DNA of 64,000 nucleotides from assembly GCF_009834535.1 (NCBI RefSeq), contig NC_045696.1, positions 64,978,001 through 65,042,000 of the forward strand. The letters run 5' to 3'. How positions within the stretch are numbered: the first letter of the stretch is position 1; each line of letters begins with the position of its first letter. Below are positions 63,900 through 64,000 of this stretch, one piece after another. A program made the position numbers and the translations under genes. The notes under the pieces were generated by a model. The model was given only the letters and a program-made list of their open reading frames with translations. It had not been told where the DNA came from and did no database searches. Origin of the DNA: Camelus ferus (Eukaryota).

Positions 63900-64000
63900 A
63901 GATTAAACTTGATTTTTTAAAAAACATCACTTCATAAGGACAGACCATTTATTGTTGTTAAGTCCCCTTTATTTTTTTCCATTTAGAAGACAACACAAAT

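Noticed and set aside
1..64000. CRISPR arrays, prokaryotic operons, CpG-island promoter, identifiable host gene
   Set aside because: The sequence is mammalian non-coding DNA with no repeat-spacer array, no long ORFs and general CpG depletion, and I recognised no exon, so no gene name is offered.

Overview
AT-rich, CpG-poor mammalian genomic DNA, most likely a long intron or an intergenic stretch. It is probably from a camelid (camel/alpaca/llama), because three tRNA-Ala-derived Vic-1-type SINEs are present and I saw no Alu, Bov-A/BovB, PRE-1 or Can-SINE. I found no credible host protein-coding exon, functional RNA gene, CpG island or CRISPR array. The ORF-track entries look like chance ORFs or decayed L1 fragments. 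The window is dominated by interspersed repeats: about ten 5'-truncated younger L1 3' ends (most with readable target-site duplications, TSDs), older L1M pieces, MaLR solo LTRs, hAT-Charlie MITEs, many MIR/L2 remnants and microsatellites. The most notable structures are a twin-primed (5'-inverted) L1 at 45.8-46.4 kb, a 5'UTR+ORF1-only L1 with a possible degenerate TSD and no poly(A) tail at 31.0-33.3 kb, clustered 5' truncation points among short L1 tails, several nested insertions, and repeat-free motif-dense blocks that may be enhancers (T-box, MEIS/RFX, PBX-MEIS, RBPJ/E-box). I did not find convincing evidence for a novel biological system. Repeat family names come from recalled consensus similarity, not from a database search, and boundaries of old elements are approximate.
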